From Dipteris shenzhenensis (taxonomy: Eukaryota): a DNA stretch of 64,000 nt. The notes below the pieces were generated by a model that was given only the letters and a program-made list of their open reading frames with translations, was not told the origin of the DNA and searched no databases. Shown here piece after piece: positions 1-13,548 of this stretch; position 1 is the first letter of the stretch; every line of letters starts with the position of its first letter. A program made the translations under genes and the position numbers. Location of the stretch: NCBI GenBank assembly GCA_047967505.1, contig CM106538.1, one strand, 5' to 3'.

Positions 1-784
1 CCTAGAAACCTTTGTAATGAGATTGTGAATAAACCATTCAGGACGAGCTTTTCCACAGGAATCAACAAGCAGATGCGCCAAATCTCCCCCCAAGCTTGAG
101 GAGCATCCCACCCTTCGAAGAAGGAAACCGTTTTGATTACCTCTGAAGCAGCAAGTAGTTCGATCACCGCACAATGAGTAGAAGTAAAGTCAAAATCCTC
201 CCAGCGTATCAGTAGTTCGTCACCATGAATCATCCACGGTGTGTCATTCCACCCGTCTTCACCATCAATAATGCACTGGGGACAATCAGCCATTGAAGGT
301 CAACATGAAGGTCAAGGAAGACATCTCGTGCATTGGTAGCCGTAAGGTGCGGAGGAACAGGCACCAATTCCTTAAACGCGTCGAGAAGTGACATAAATGT
401 CCACCCTTCTCGTGAGGCGTGCGTTTGTGAAATGAGCTTGGAGAAGTTCTGAATTGGCAATCTAGCAAGTGATGTGGATAGAGAACATAAAATGAAATAT
501 TTTTGCTTTTTACAACAAGAGAAAACTCCTTACGGTTAGAGGGTTACAGCTCACGCGATTTCAATATATGAACAAAAATCATTACATTTTTATCACTTCC
601 AACTTATTGGCCCAATGGTAAGACTTTCTTTTGTGAAGGGGGAGGTCTTGGGTTCCAATCCTACTCTTTAATAAAAAGAGAGGAGAGGAGAGGAGAAGGA
701 GAAGAGAAAGAGAAAGAGAAGAAGAAGACAAGAGATAGGGGGGGCGCGGGATCTGCTATTACTCTTTTGCAGGGGCTCAGGAAA

Positions 785-990
785 ACAGAACAGTCCGCGA
801 CCAGAGCAATCCAGAGAACTGTCGCGCAGAAAACTGTCTGCAACCAGAAGTCGCAGCAGTCCAGAGAACTGTCCGCAACTAGAAGTCGCGGCAGTCTAGA
901 AAACTGTCCGCAACCAGAAATCGCAACAGTCCAGAGAACTGAAGCGTAGAAAACTGTCCGCAACCAGAAATCGCGGCAGTCCAGAGAACT
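785..990. repeat. Short tandem repeats in the retroelement leader (cagtccagagaactgtc / gaaaactgtccgcaaccagaa units)
   Basis: Directly visible, 5-6 alternating degenerate units. Confidence 0.8.
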
Positions 991-1032
991 GTCATGCAGG
1001 AGGCGCACGAACGCGCAGTAGCTTAGAAAGAG

Positions 1033-1046
1033 CACAGATGGTATAA
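1033..1046 (-). promoter_or_regulatory. Degenerate primer-binding site (Tat-type TGGCGCCGTCTGTG-like)
   Basis: cacagatggtataa vs the expected cacagacggcgcca; mismatches are mostly transitions; 2 nt from the LTR edge. Confidence 0.4.
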
Positions 1047-1048
1047 TT

Positions 1049-2114
1049 TGTTGATGTAACCCGTACGAATAGAAGATTCGCCACCAGCCGTGGAGATTCG
1101 TATCCCAGCAGCCACACCAAAACTTTTAGCCGGAAAAGTTATCGAGATCAGAGGCTAGAGACTAAGTATGGCTACGCTCAAAGGCCATAGAGAAAAGGAG
1201 ATCACGAGGGCGAAGGGATGTCATAGGGGTGAACAAGGAATTAGAAGTGGAGGGAAGGAAAAGGGAGACTATGACACAAGGGGAAAGGGAGAGGGGGAAG
1301 AGAAGCATGTACATGATAGGAAGAGGAATGTTGAGATGTAGACATCAAGGGAAATGATCCATACTTTATTGGAAAGAAGGGATGAGAGGGAAATATCAAA
1401 ATACTAGCTAGGTGGCTTTACAAGAATGAGCGTGTCCCATCAAGGAAAAGCCCCTTCCTTTTATAGCCAAAAGAGGGGGGTCTCCCACATTAATGTATCC
1501 TCCCACATGCATGGTGTGTGTGGAAAAGTCTCTCATGTGGGCTAGGTGGGTACGCACTCTCAATTGTGTGTGACAACCCTTTGCCTCAATTTTCCACATA
1601 AATCAAGCCCCATATCTCAAGTCTATGATACTCCCTTGGTCTCTTTCCAATTTTATAATATGTTCAAACCTCTAGGAGGACAAGTGGAGGGTTGGCACAA
1701 GGAATCTTGCCACCTCATCCTACTTTCCCCATTATTTAACTAGCTCTCTTGGTCCTTCTATACCTCCCCCACATGGGCCTATCTCATATGGAGGGAATAA
1801 CTCAATATAATAGCCATCTCCACCCATTTTATATTGCTTCTCCCATGGACTTTGAGCCATATCTCACTTAATGCATCCTAGGTGGAGGGGTGGCACATGG
1901 AGGAGCCATGCCACCTTGCATTTTATAATATTACTATCATGGATTATGTACAACACACCTTATGGGTCCTCTTACATGGAAGGGTGGCACATGGTCATGC
2001 CCTGCCACCTCAACCTTGGGCCCTATGCACACCATATTTTATTATACTATTGCCACATGTACAAACACACATACATATTAATGCCTTTTTCTTTAGACAA
2101 TTTTATCCATAACA
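1049..2114 (-). repeat. Long terminal repeat (~1.07 kb)
   Basis: TG...CA ends with a short inverted terminus (tgtt/aaca). Minus-strand TATAAAA at ~1459-1465 followed by a pyrimidine-rich region. The partner LTR is not in the window. Confidence 0.55.
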
Positions 2115-3269
2115 GTGGTCATATACATCATTGTCTAGTCATGATGTGCGATTAGATGGTGGGTCAATGTTAGCTTGGGTGTAGCCAATCACGAAACTAT
2201 TTTCGGGACCATTTTAGGGCCACGACGGGATGCACTTTTGGGTGAATATTTGAATTTTGCATGGACCCACGCTCTCGTCGAAAATTTTCCCGACATCATG
2301 GAGGCACACTGGCATAATAATGAGATGCAATCTATTTGTTCAGAACACCACATAGCTCGACACATGGCATCTCTGCATTGCTTCACATAGTAGAGTCTCT
2401 GGCCTATGCCGCCTGATCAATTATCATCGTGCAGCCTTTTGCTGTAGATTTGCCACTTGTCACTGGGTACGCACCCATGCAGATCATTAAAATTAAAGGT
2501 TGGCTTGGAGAGACCACTGTGCTGGTTCTTCTCATAATAATTAGATGCAATCTATAATTCTAAACACCGCTGCAACGTAGTCTCTGTCCTGACCACCTGC
2601 CATCATGCAACCTTTTGCCACTTCTTTGCCTGCAACCCATGCAAATCATAGGTTGGCTTAGAGAGACCATTGCACTAGTTTTTGGCATAATAATGAGATG
2701 CAATCTATTATTCTAAGCATCATCTCAGTGCAGGCCTGGCCACCTGTCATCGCCTAGAATTCAAGGTTGTCTTCGAGAGACCACCACACTGGTTCTTGGA
2801 GTTATAGCTCCATTACTTATTTTTATGTGTTACAGGAGGAGATCTATGAAAGCCACCATGCTGGTTCTTGGAGTTATATATTTGTGTACTAAGGAGAATG
2901 TATTCCGTTGTGCAACCAAGCGAAATGCAATTGACTATATGGCCCTTGAGGGATCCCCTTTAAAGGCAAGGCCATATCTACATGCATTATACAATATCCA
3001 GGATGCCACTAGACAGAAATGGGATATCGATATGGTCCTTGCCCCTAAGGGGACCCCTTAAGGGCCATATCATCAATTGCATTTTTTGGAAGTTTAATTG
3101 TATTTTTCTAGATGTATCTCCATGCAACCACAATGATGGGGTTGTTGGAGTTATTTTAGCGCTATTTTGGTCATAAACCAAGGAAATTGTAGTCCTTCTT
3201 TCCTATTTTAGTCCTTGTTGTTACAGTAAATATAAATGATGGAAAAATTATAATTTATCAAGTGAAAAT

Positions 3270-3486
3270 TGTGCCATATAGCATGTGCAATCAAGGGGTA
3301 TTAAAAAAAGAACCTACCTACGGATTTTTATAACCTATTTATACCCCTTTTGTAAATTTTGATATTATTAAAGCATCTCCTATGTACATATATGTATATT
3401 TTCTATAACTCCATTATGTACAAATATAAAATCCCTTCCGTTGATCACATGATCTAACTTAAATATTTCTTAGTGGCCCCCTCGGG
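3270..3486. mobile_element. Truncated MITE of the CTCGGGGGGTCAC family
   Basis: Internal similarity to 4557-4816 (catgtgc..tcaaggggtattaaaaaa) and a degenerate right TIR gtggccccctcggg; left TIR missing. Confidence 0.5.
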
Positions 3487-3559
3487 CTCTCTTGGATGTT
3501 TTTTTGTATTAGACAACTCCAACTACTACATCCCATTTCTCGTAGCTTGTTTCCCGATG

Positions 3560-5530
3560 ATCATTAAATGCTTCCTCAACCTTGTGTTTGGGCTTGATAC
3601 ATTGCAAAACATAGTATGGGTCATCTTCCTCATTCTCCCCAAAGTCAACGACAACGACAATTGCAAAGTTATCACCCTCTTCCAGACAGTTAGTGAGGTA
3701 ATCAAAAGACTCCCCAAACTATGGTGAGGCATCTTTTGTCTCTCCATTGTTTTTCATGACATCTTCATGCAGAGAGAAAACTTGAATTTTCTCCCATCTC
3801 TTCAAGTTACAATGTCCTCACATTTGTCCCCTATGAGGCACACACTATGAAAACAAGAAAGTTTTCTTGTTTAGAGCACATGGTTGTTGAAAGTCCCCCA
3901 TATGCTATGCAAACTATGAGTTCCTTTGATGGCCCCACAATCGTGTCTATTTCTCCTTTGCAGCTCATTCACTTTCACTTCATGGACCACTCTATTCATG
4001 ACACTATTCTTGACGCTTTGTTTATTATATGTTTATTGCGCCCCTATGGGGAGGTTGGTTGTGAAAAGATCATGGGCATTATTGAGATTTTCTTGAGGGC
4101 ATCTTAGTTGGTGTTTGAATAGAGATCGCTTAATAATAGCGGGTACACATCCATCATGTTCCCCCTTGCCATAGCTAGACCCAAATAAATTCCACGTCAT
4201 GTTTAGATTGTAAGCATTGAGACAAAGTAGAATCCACATGGTGATTTAAACTGAGAGGAAGCACCATCTAACCACACCTATTACTATTTCATATTTTCTT
4301 GTACATGAGGATCATCATTTTTTAGCCATTCCCAATGAAACAAAAAAGCATGCTGCATAAATAAGGTGTCATGTTCCCTATCTGATTCATCCAAAATGTA
4401 GAAATAGTATGTGCATTACAGTAACCTGGACTCCAAGTTAGCAAGCATATTGGCATTAGTCATACAAGGAACAAGCAAATGATTGTACATGATATGCACT
4501 AGAGTTGACATCTGTTTGTTGTACCAGTGAACACTTTGTATCTCATCTTGTTCTCGCTTGGGGGGTGCACCACTAAGAAACCCTAGGTATCATGTGCGGT
4601 CAAGGGGTATTAAAAAACCCCTCAACTAAATTCTTTTTCCTAATAAAACAACCCCTCTTTACTTATGAACTAAACGATTTTTTTCTAAAGTTGAATTAAA
4701 AACCCCCTCCTGTTATTGTACATAAACTTGTTAAATTTTTGAAAAAGTGGAATTAAAATACCCCTCCTTTTGAATGCACATGGTACACTAAAATTTTGGG
4801 AGGTGAACCCCCCGAGTTTTCTTCAAATGAGTAATTTTGGGCAAAATCTATGACAAAGACAATATTGTCATGGGGAAAATTGGAAGGCACTTCCTGAACT
4901 GCTTATCTTGCCAGCTAGCTGTGAAATTGTGAAGCATGTATTTTGGGATAGATTGAACCAAGTGCTCTATAAGCTCTCTTAGCTTACTGCTTTTACACAA
5001 TAGCAGTCATATATTTTTCTCCAATCCTTTAACATTAACTGTTCAAATCTCCTCCATTTTAGAGTAGCAGGGTTGTCTTCCCTCACTTGGTTTGGGAGGA
5101 TATCATATTGCCTCTTCTTCAGATTTCCTTTTGTGCATGTGCCACGAATGCATTCAATGTGGTGCCACTCAAAGTCTCCCTTTGAATAGACTACTGGCCC
5201 CCACAGAGACCTTAGGCTACAAAACTGGGTCTCTCTAGCAACACATGATGAGGATCTAGGTGGCCTACAGACTGCACATTCATTAGTGAGACATGGGCAT
5301 CTATCTCCATGGAGTAATTCCAACACGACTAGATCTAAGTCGTTCAAAGCTCGTAGGGCCAGGTCAAAGTCTATGTGTGTTTTACAACAACACACATTCC
5401 TACTTTGAGTTTCTTGACTTACCAGGTCTTACATTGCTCAAAGCTCCTTTTCCCAATCAAAAGCTAACGGTTGTGAGCCATAAACTTCAAATACAACTCT
5501 GTCTACTCACCCAACCACCCAACATGTGGG
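3560..5530 (-). pseudogene. Sola2-like transposase pseudogene
   Basis: Motifs in order on -: CCCKTH (~5380), VIDFAQNYSF (~4825-4855), WLDGASSQFK (~4245-4275), YGKGEHDG (~4150-4175). Multiple stops and frameshifts plus a MITE insertion. 5' end approximate. Confidence 0.7.
4557..4816. mobile_element. MITE with ~15-bp TIRs, inserted in the Sola2-like transposase
   Basis: cttgggggggtgcacc ... ggtgaaccccccgag; AT-rich interior; interrupts the coding sequence right after DFAQNYSFEEN. Confidence 0.7.
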
Positions 5531-5643
5531 AAATAAAATTTCATTGAAACAAAAATAGTCTAATGAAGCTAATTAAACTAATCGAGCTACTAGAGAAATC
5601 AAAACAATTTCACTACTACAAAACAAAATGATTTCAACTACTA

Positions 5644-8600
5644 GGGTCAACGTTTTCTTGGGTGTAGCCAATCGCGAAACTATTTGCGGGGCCATTTTGG
5701 GGCCTTGACGTGATGCGCTTCTTGGTGAATATTTGAATTTTGCGTAGACCAACACTCTCGTTGGAAATTTTCCCAACATCATGAAGGTGCATTGATGTAA
5801 TAACGAGATGCAATCTTATCATGGTCAATAGCACAGAGCTCGACACATGGCACTATATGCATTTATTCATGAGCATATAGACTGCAACTCTACCTCTAGC
5901 TGGACTACATAACACAGCCTTTGCCTTGCCATGTTTGCTTGTGTAGCTTCACCATCTATTACTGTGTAACACAATATTTTGTTGCACTAACCACCGTGCT
6001 GATTCGAGCACAACCACGTTGGCCTGACTACAACACAAAAATTTTGCCTTGCCACCTATCATTGCATAGCTTTGCCATCTATCATTGTGCAACACAATCT
6101 TTTGCCACACGTTGACCACCGTGCTAGTTCAAGCAATGATGTTGGCATGGAGAGACCACCACATTGGCATGAACACCACTGTGGCATGTCAATCTCTAAT
6201 GGGACCCCTCAAGGTCCATATCTGCAACCATCACACTGGATGTTGGAACTATTTTAGTTCTAAACCAAGGAAAATATTGTTATTTTGGAGATATTTTAGT
6301 CGTGTTACTCCTTGTGCAACAATTTCTCAACCATCGCACATGTTCTTCGAGCTATTTTAGTTCCAAGCTAAAGAAAATGTAGAAATTTGCAATTTAGTAT
6401 AGTTTTCTTCTACCACCATGTTGGTTATTGGAGTTATCAAAGCTCTAAACCACCACGCTAGTTACTGGAACCATTTTCCTCAGGGGGGTCACTATGTATA
6501 AACCCTCTATATCACGTGCGTTCAAGGCCTATATTTAAAATCCCTTATCTGTAAATTTTTTCATTAATAAAATGTACCCCTTTTCTATACAAATCTGTAA
6601 TTTTTTTCCAAAACTGTTTTAAATAGTCCCTTATGTATATTTATTTCTGTAAATTTTAGAAATAAAAAATATCCTTCTGTTGAACTCACGTGATAGGGTT
6701 ACATATGATGAGTGACCCCCCCGAGCCATTTTCACTATAGCAACAATAGTTTTTTCAACAATTTCTTGTGCAACAATCCCTATGGTTGCAGTAAAATGTA
6801 AATGAGGGCATAAATATGCCATTTCTTCTTCTTTAGAGACACTTTCACCACTGAAGTAACAACAATGGAAGTTTTGGTGATAATGGTACTACTTTGAAAT
6901 TGAAACAAAAGAAATTACATCCGATAGTTTTTGCGATAATAGTATTGCATCGAAATTGAAACAAAATAAATTAGATCTGAAGCAAACACAAAATAGATTA
7001 CATACAAAGATGCTAGCACTTTGTTTTTGTGACACATCTTTAAGCACTTGTCAACACCATGACTATGGCAGGACTAAGTGTCACTTTTTGCCCTTGTTAG
7101 CACTTTCTTACACTTTTGACCTGGTGCCTTATATGCAAGGGACAATACGAGCACCTCATAGTGCTATCGTAGGTAGGACTTTCTTAAAATTTTGACTTGG
7201 AACTCCTCGTATGCATGGGACAATATGAGCTCACCTCATAATTGAAATAACCTTTTTCATAGCAACTTCTATCAAGGCACTGGAAGAGGGAACTCAACTT
7301 GGAGGTGAGCTCAATTAAGCACAACATTCGACAACGGATAGGGAACTAAATATGATAGTGAGCTCCAACACACTAACGCATTCTCTTAGTGTGTTAGAGC
7401 TGATTACCAAGTTGAGTTCCTTCCCTAGTGCCAAAGGTTGTGCGCAATTACAAGAGGCTCAACAACAAGTTGAGTTCTCTCCCAGTGCCTCATAGAATAA
7501 TGACAACCCATTTCCCTTGGCTCCCCATCTTGCAACATGGTTGGTCATGAGGTTTTTCTTTTAAGTCTTTCAAGGAATTGCCTTCGTCATAGCAACTTAT
7601 TTCAAGGCACTAGTGTGGTTATGAAGTAATTACTTCTTTCAAGGCACTGGAAGAGGGAACTCAACTTGGCGGTGAGCTCAATCAAGCACAACATTCGACA
7701 ATTGACAGTTGATAAGAAACTCAATTTGGTAGTGAGCTCCAGCACACTGATGCATGCTCTCAATGTGTTGTTACAACTTATCATTAAGTTGATTTCTCCT
7801 TCCCTAGTGCCAAAGGTTGTGCTCAATTATGAGAGTCTCATCACCAAGTTGAGTTCTCTGCCAGTGCTTGACCACTGCTTGATGAAATAATGCCGATCCA
7901 TTTCCCTTGGCTCCCCATCCTGTAACTCCCTTGATCATGGCTATGGCTGGTGGAGTGTTGCAGGATGGAGAGACAAGGCAAACAATGGATCCCATGACTT
8001 GGGAAGCATTATGAAGGGGCATTGAGGTTACAGCAGAAGATTCATCATAAGGGTAGAAGGGGGCTTGGAGAGAGCATGGAAGGGGGTAGGAGAGAAATTT
8101 TCCTGTTGTTTCTTTGCCCTTAAGGCCTTTATATAGCTATACTTGCTGCCCACCCACTCTTTTCCCCTTCGTTTCTTGTGTCAGTTGTGTAACTCTGGGT
8201 GCCTATTGCTGCTAAGAGCACACAATCCACCCACTGGATTTTGCTCGTAGCCTAGCCTAGCTTAGGCAGTCATCTACATCATCGTCTAGCCATGACATGT
8301 GATTAGATGGTTGCCATGCTAGAATTTCTTGGTCATTGGAGCCAAGATCATGATAATTCAATAGGAAGAGGGGGGAGGAGCAGCGGCACATGCACCCAGC
8401 TTACTAGTAGCCTAGCCTAGCCTGGGCGGTCATTTACATCATCGTCTAGCCAATGACAAGCAATTAGATGGTTGCCATGGGAGAATTTCTTAGTCATCAG
8501 AGTCAAGATCATATTAATTCAATGGGATGAGGGGGGAGGAGCAGTGGCACATACACCCAGCTTTGCTGGTAGCCCCCAGCCTTGCGTAGGCAGTCATATA

Positions 8601-10438
8601 CATCATCGTCTAGCCATGACGTTTGATTAGATGGTAATTCTATTAGTGTGATATGTTCTTATAGTCTATCTCAACTTAATGCTAGTTCTCATTCTAAACT
8701 ATTGTTATTACAGCCTGATAAACCAACTGAATGCTAATCTAAGCTTGTGAACTAGATGCAAAGTCATTGTTATTACAGTTTGATTATGGCTCGATGCTAA
8801 TCTGAGCTTGTGAATTAGATGGTCCCTCATGCATAGTCATTATTATTAGAGTCTGATTCTGGATCAATGCTAATCTGAGCTTGTGAATTAGATGGTCCCT
8901 CATGCACAATCATTGTTATTACAGTCTGATTTTGACTAAATGCTAATCTGAACCTATGAAATAGATTGTCACTCATGCATTGTCATTATCACTAAAACAA
9001 TCTCGGTGGTTGGTTGGGATTAGTATACTGTTTGGGATTTACATTTTTGCTTTTTCGAGAGAATATTGATTGGGATTTATTGAAACAAGTGCAGTGGTTA
9101 TTTGGGATTTTCTAAAGGTTATATTTTGTGGGGGTTGCAAGTAATTCTAAACCAACAAAAATGCATTTCATTTGTTGCCAGTGCCTACCTCCTCTAGCCT
9201 TAACTGGTGTTTGTGCTGACCCAATCATGATTCTAATGGTCAATAGCACAGAGCTCGGCACATGGAACTATATGCATTTACTCATGAGCACAGAGATTGT
9301 TGCTCTGACATCACACAGCCTTTGCCTTGCCATGTTTGTTGACCATCGTGTTGGTTCAAGCAATGACGTTGGCATGGAGAGACCACCACAAAGACCACTG
9401 TGGCATGACAATCTCTAAAGGGGCCCCCTCAAGGTCCATATCCGCAACCACCACGCTGGATGTTGGAGCTATTTTAGATCTAAATGGTGTTATTTTGGAG
9501 ATATTTTAGTTGTGCAACAATTTCTCAACGACCGCACACGTTCTTTGAGCTATTTTAGTTCCAAGCTAAGGAAAATGTAGACATTTGCAATTTAGTATAG
9601 TTTCCTTGCAACCACCGCGCTAGTTATTAGAGTTATTATAGTTCTAAACCACTATGTTGGTTATTGGAACCATTTTCACTACAATAACAACAATTTTTTC
9701 AAAAAATTCTTTTAGAGGCAACGGCTTTCTTCCTTGCAATTTCTTTCAAGGCAATGGCAGAATTATTCAAGAATTACTTCTTTCAAGGCATTGGAAGAGG
9801 GAACTCAACTTGGTGGCGGTGAGCTCAATCAAGCACAACATTCAACAGTCGATAGGGAACTCAATCTGGTGGTGAGCTCCAACACACTGATGCCTCAGTG
9901 TGTTATAGCTCATCACCAAGTTGCACTCTCCTTCCCCAATGCCGAAGGTTGTGCTCAATTATGAGAGTCTCATCACCAAGGTGAGTTCTCTGCCAGTGCC
10001 TGACGGAACAATGACGACCTGTTTCCCTTGGTTCCCCATCCTATAGCTCCCTTGGTCATGGCTTTGGTGGTGGAGTGTTGCAGGATGGAGAGCCAAGGCA
10101 AACAATGGATCCCATGACTTGGGCATTATCATGAAGGGGCATCGAGGTTGTAGTAGAAGATTCATCATAGGGGTAGAAGGGGCCTTGGAGAGAGCATGGA
10201 AGGGGGTAGGAGAGAAATTTTCCTAGGTGCGGTGAATTGTTTCTCTACCCTTAAGGCTTTTATATAGCTATACTTGCCACCCTCCCACTCTTTTCCCCCT
10301 TTTTTTTTGTGTCAGTTGTGTGACTCTAGGTGCCTATCACTACTAAGAGCACGCAATCCATCCACTAGATTTTGGTGGTAGCCCAGCTAGCATAGGCAAT
10401 CATCTACCGTTAATGTGTCTATCCTAAACTAGCTCGGT
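5644..10438. mobile_element. Sola2-family terminal and internal non-coding sequence with internal duplications
   Basis: Terminal motif at 5644 and the next ~200 bp match 2161-2390. Blocks 5810-6480 and 9230-9690 are duplicates, as are 7630-8270 and 9770-10400. ~160-bp x3 repeats at 8270-8635 and ~60-bp repeats at 8700-8990. Confidence 0.5.
6479..6725. mobile_element. MITE, 247 bp, 15-bp TIRs, 8-bp TSD CCATTTTC
   Basis: TIRs CTCAGGGGGGTCACT / AGTGACCCCCCCGAG (14/15). CCATTTTC at 6471-6478 and 6726-6733. The paralogous empty site at 9661-9690 has a single CCATTTTC. Confidence 0.9.
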
Positions 10439-12464
10439 GAGTCATTGTTTGCTTGGGTGTAGCCATTTTTGGTGAGGTTCATGGACTTTTCTGTATATAG
10501 GTATCTTGCATGACCCATAACTTATGCAGTGCTCAACGAAATTCGGCAAACTTTGTCTTCATGTTGTAGTACACATTCCAAATCGTAACATGAGACCAAA
10601 AAATTATGGAATAAGGATTTGGAACGAGACCATTAAAGCATTACAAGTGCTATGTTGCATGTAAAGCATGCATCCTGAAGACTATAGGATATAGCAATTT
10701 ATTCAAAAACATCAAAATTTTATTCTATACATACATGCAAGCAAGTAATCATTCAAAAGTACACTACGTAAGCTTCTCCTCAACCCAAGGACAAACCTAA
10801 ATGAGATCATTATGCATGGGTTAATGGGCCTCCAATGTTGTGCTAAATTGATGCATACCCATTTGAGGGAACACTCCATAACTTTTTTTGATTTGTTGAA
10901 AACCAAAACGGATTGAAAATTTGGAATCCAAACTATTGAGACTAGTGCATGGTGGTCTTAAAACATTGATAATTGGTATTGATATCTAGATTCACCCTAA
11001 AATGGAAGAAGTTGGAAAAGTGCAATTTGTGCATGTGAAAAGATATTTTAATAAATCCAACACTATTTACAATCTTAAATTGTTTCTTTTTCCATGCACT
11101 TGCTTTCTATATGGCTCATAAGCATACCAAAGGTCATTGCATTTAATAATATACAGCATCAAACCCGATAGCATGCCCTTTCGCTTATTTGTGTTTTAAA
11201 GCATTTTAGGCCACATTGCACTTGTTTGGGATATCCAATTCTGCTGACGTGTATCGCCTAAGGGGAGAAAAACGGCAGCTAAAATTTCACTACTCCCATG
11301 AATTTTGAATTTTCACACCTCCCATCAAATCTTGGAAGATTAAGTACCTGCAATCTACTCCTGCCCTCCTGCAAACGCCTTGTAATCCACACACACCTCG
11401 ACGTGACTGTGTGCAAACTTTGGTTTGCCATGATTGTCTTCTTTTGGGTAAGTCGTCTTCTATTCTTTGCTTGGCTCACAAGCTAGCTTCTCTCTGTTTT
11501 GGTTTGGCATTGTCGTATTTCACTAATCATCTCCATGGCAACATGCAGCTCGCCATGGCTTACAAGAGAAGAAAACAGAGGCTGCGAGATAGAAAAGCTA
11601 AAAAGCTTGGTTAGGGCACAAGGAATAGAAGACTCCTTATAGAGCAACAATAGGAAGAAACGAGTTGTGATGTCACAATTGGTGGTAGCATTTGAGAAAG
11701 CAGCATTAGGCCATTTAGGTAAATACCTTTCTCGAGTCTTCACAAGCTTAAGCCTGCACCCTAAAGTTCATAGTGACAACCCTACCAACATATTTTCGTG
11801 CTAAAACATCACCACTATTGCAATGACTTCTGCACTTAGTCTGTCTCTCCTTTTCTTTCATTATGTTGAAGCCCATAGACTACTCGGATAGGGACGATCA
11901 GGCATTTCTTCCACTCTTCATGCATCTCTTGAGAGTTTCTCCAAATAACAAGGACATTTGTAGAAAGCAGATGGGATGCAAGATGTTTGACGAGCACATC
12001 ATACACATTCTTGACACAATGCAAATCAGTGGTTGCCTAAACCATCCCGGTGGTTGTTTGTGATTAACCTTTGGGATAGTTTACTTATTTCATTTCTTAA
12101 TACAACGCAGGTCAATGGTTGCCTAAACTAGCATAGTGGTTGTTTGTGATTGTGAGCTTTGGGATAGTTTACCAGGCTAGCCTGGACTTAATGTGATTGT
12201 CCTAAACCATCCCTGTGGTTGGAATCTCATGCAACCGTGTGGCTGGTTCACATTAAACACCAAAACTAGGCTGGCTTGGACTTAATGTGATTGTCCTAAG
12301 CTAGCTCGGTGGTTGGAACATCATGCAATTGTTGTTGGGTTATCTCAAACACCAGTTATGTGATTGTCCTAAACCAGCCCGGATGGTTGGAATATCATGC
12401 AACCGTGTGGCTGGTTTAGCTCAAACACAAGAATCAAGCTGGCTTGGACTTAATCATGTGATTG
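10439..12464 (+). mobile_element. Sola2-like element, 5' end with decayed transposase N-terminus
   Basis: GAGTCATTGTTTGCTTGGGTGTAGCC terminus; colinear with 61117-63100; remnant LRVSPNNKDICRKQMGCK at ~11930-11980; intronic gtcctaaaccagcccggtggttg repeats at 12030-12460. Confidence 0.7.
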
Positions 12465-12886
12465 TTTGACCTCATATTTGGATTCCTCGTTGAATTCCGG
12501 TCATTTTGAGTACCAACATGACCATATTCTGATAAAATTTGGAAAAATGGTGTTTTTGTCATTTTGGCCTGTTTGGGGCCTATTTTGAGTCTGCGCTAGT
12601 CGGAGAAGCTCCCATTTCCAAAACCCGTCACCACCTCCCTTCCTCTCTTTCCTCATCTGGTCGGGGGGTGGGAGGCTGGTGAGGGGGGGGGGGAGGGGGG
12701 GTTGGCAACCGCAGCCGCCAGCCCCGAAATAGGCCCCAAACAGGCCAAAATGACAGAAACACCATTTTTCCAATTTTTATCAGAATATGGTCATGTTGGT
12801 ACTCAAAATGACCGGAATTTGACGAGGAATCCAAATATGAGGTCAAATCTATCAAATTATACACTTTGAAAGTAAACAAATTTCCC
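12465..12886. mobile_element. Foldback/MITE-like element with ~125-bp inverted repeats
   Basis: 12465-12589 and 12723-12847 are near-perfect reverse complements around a ~135-bp GC-rich spacer. The right arm may extend to ...tttccc (12886). No clear TSD. Confidence 0.7.
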
Positions 12887-13548
12887 ACATGCTCTCCCTT
12901 CCCCTTTACATTTAGTAGATGAACATAACTTTCACATTCCTCATCCTCTCTCTCCTCCTTGCACTCCTCTTTGCATACCTTATAAGTTCCCCCTCAACGT
13001 TCTCCACTATGATAATGAATATATGTTCCAACTCCCCTCTCCTCCCTTCTCCATGCCACCTTACCCATGCGCCTGTCCCTCCCCCTTTCCTTTATCTCCC
13101 CTCCCCCCCCTCTCTCCTCTTAACTGTAACCACAACCCCAAACTTTCAACCCACCCCACTCCATGACCCCCCCCCCTCTCTCTCTCTCAGGTGAATGAAA
13201 AGCTCGCAATATTCATGAAAATTGAAAAAAAGCTCATGACAAAAAGCTCACCAAAAAATCACACCCATATCAAACCATGGTATTAAAAAAACCATAGAGG
13301 CTACATTCATACAACATCTTGTTGTACCCGATGCCAAAATAGCATTTTTAAACTTGCTTAATGGCATTCATATAAACAAAAGTACCCAGGCGGTTGCAAA
13401 TCATCCACTTCTGTGATTCAAGGTCCTGCAAAAAAATAATTTAAAAAATCCATCAAGAGAAATCAAACTAAACTCAGTGCATAGTAATAATCGTAATAAA
13501 GCTTTTATCATATTAGAAAGATAACAAAGAAGCCCCTACCAAGTGTGT

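Larger units (their letters stand above)
1..2114 (-). mobile_element. 5' end of an LTR retrotransposon (probably Ty3/gypsy, Tat-like), running off the window start
   Basis: Putative LTR 1049-2114 (TGTTG...TAACA). A degenerate PBS lies next to it at 1033-1046, followed by a repeat-containing leader (785-990) and a disrupted minus-strand reading frame below ~470. After 2114 the sequence resumes a different repeat also seen at ~8590-8635. Confidence 0.55.
2161..5643 (-). mobile_element. Decayed Sola2-like DNA transposon (3' end plus transposase remnant)
   Basis: Starts with the terminal motif GGGTCAATGTTAGCTTGGGTGTAGCCA, shared with 5644, 10439 and 61117 (5'-GRG ends as in Sola2). Contains a transposase pseudogene and is interrupted at 5644 by another copy's terminus. 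Confidence 0.65.

Noticed and set aside
1-470. gag assignment for the minus-strand frame
   Set aside because: The position is compatible, but I see no gag, zinc-knuckle or protease motif.
7250-8140. Possible gene or miRNA-like hairpin (gagggaactcaacttgg...ccaagttgagttc, minus-strand TATA at ~8130)
   Set aside because: Three decayed copies inside TE-internal duplications, with no consistent ORF or recognisable product.
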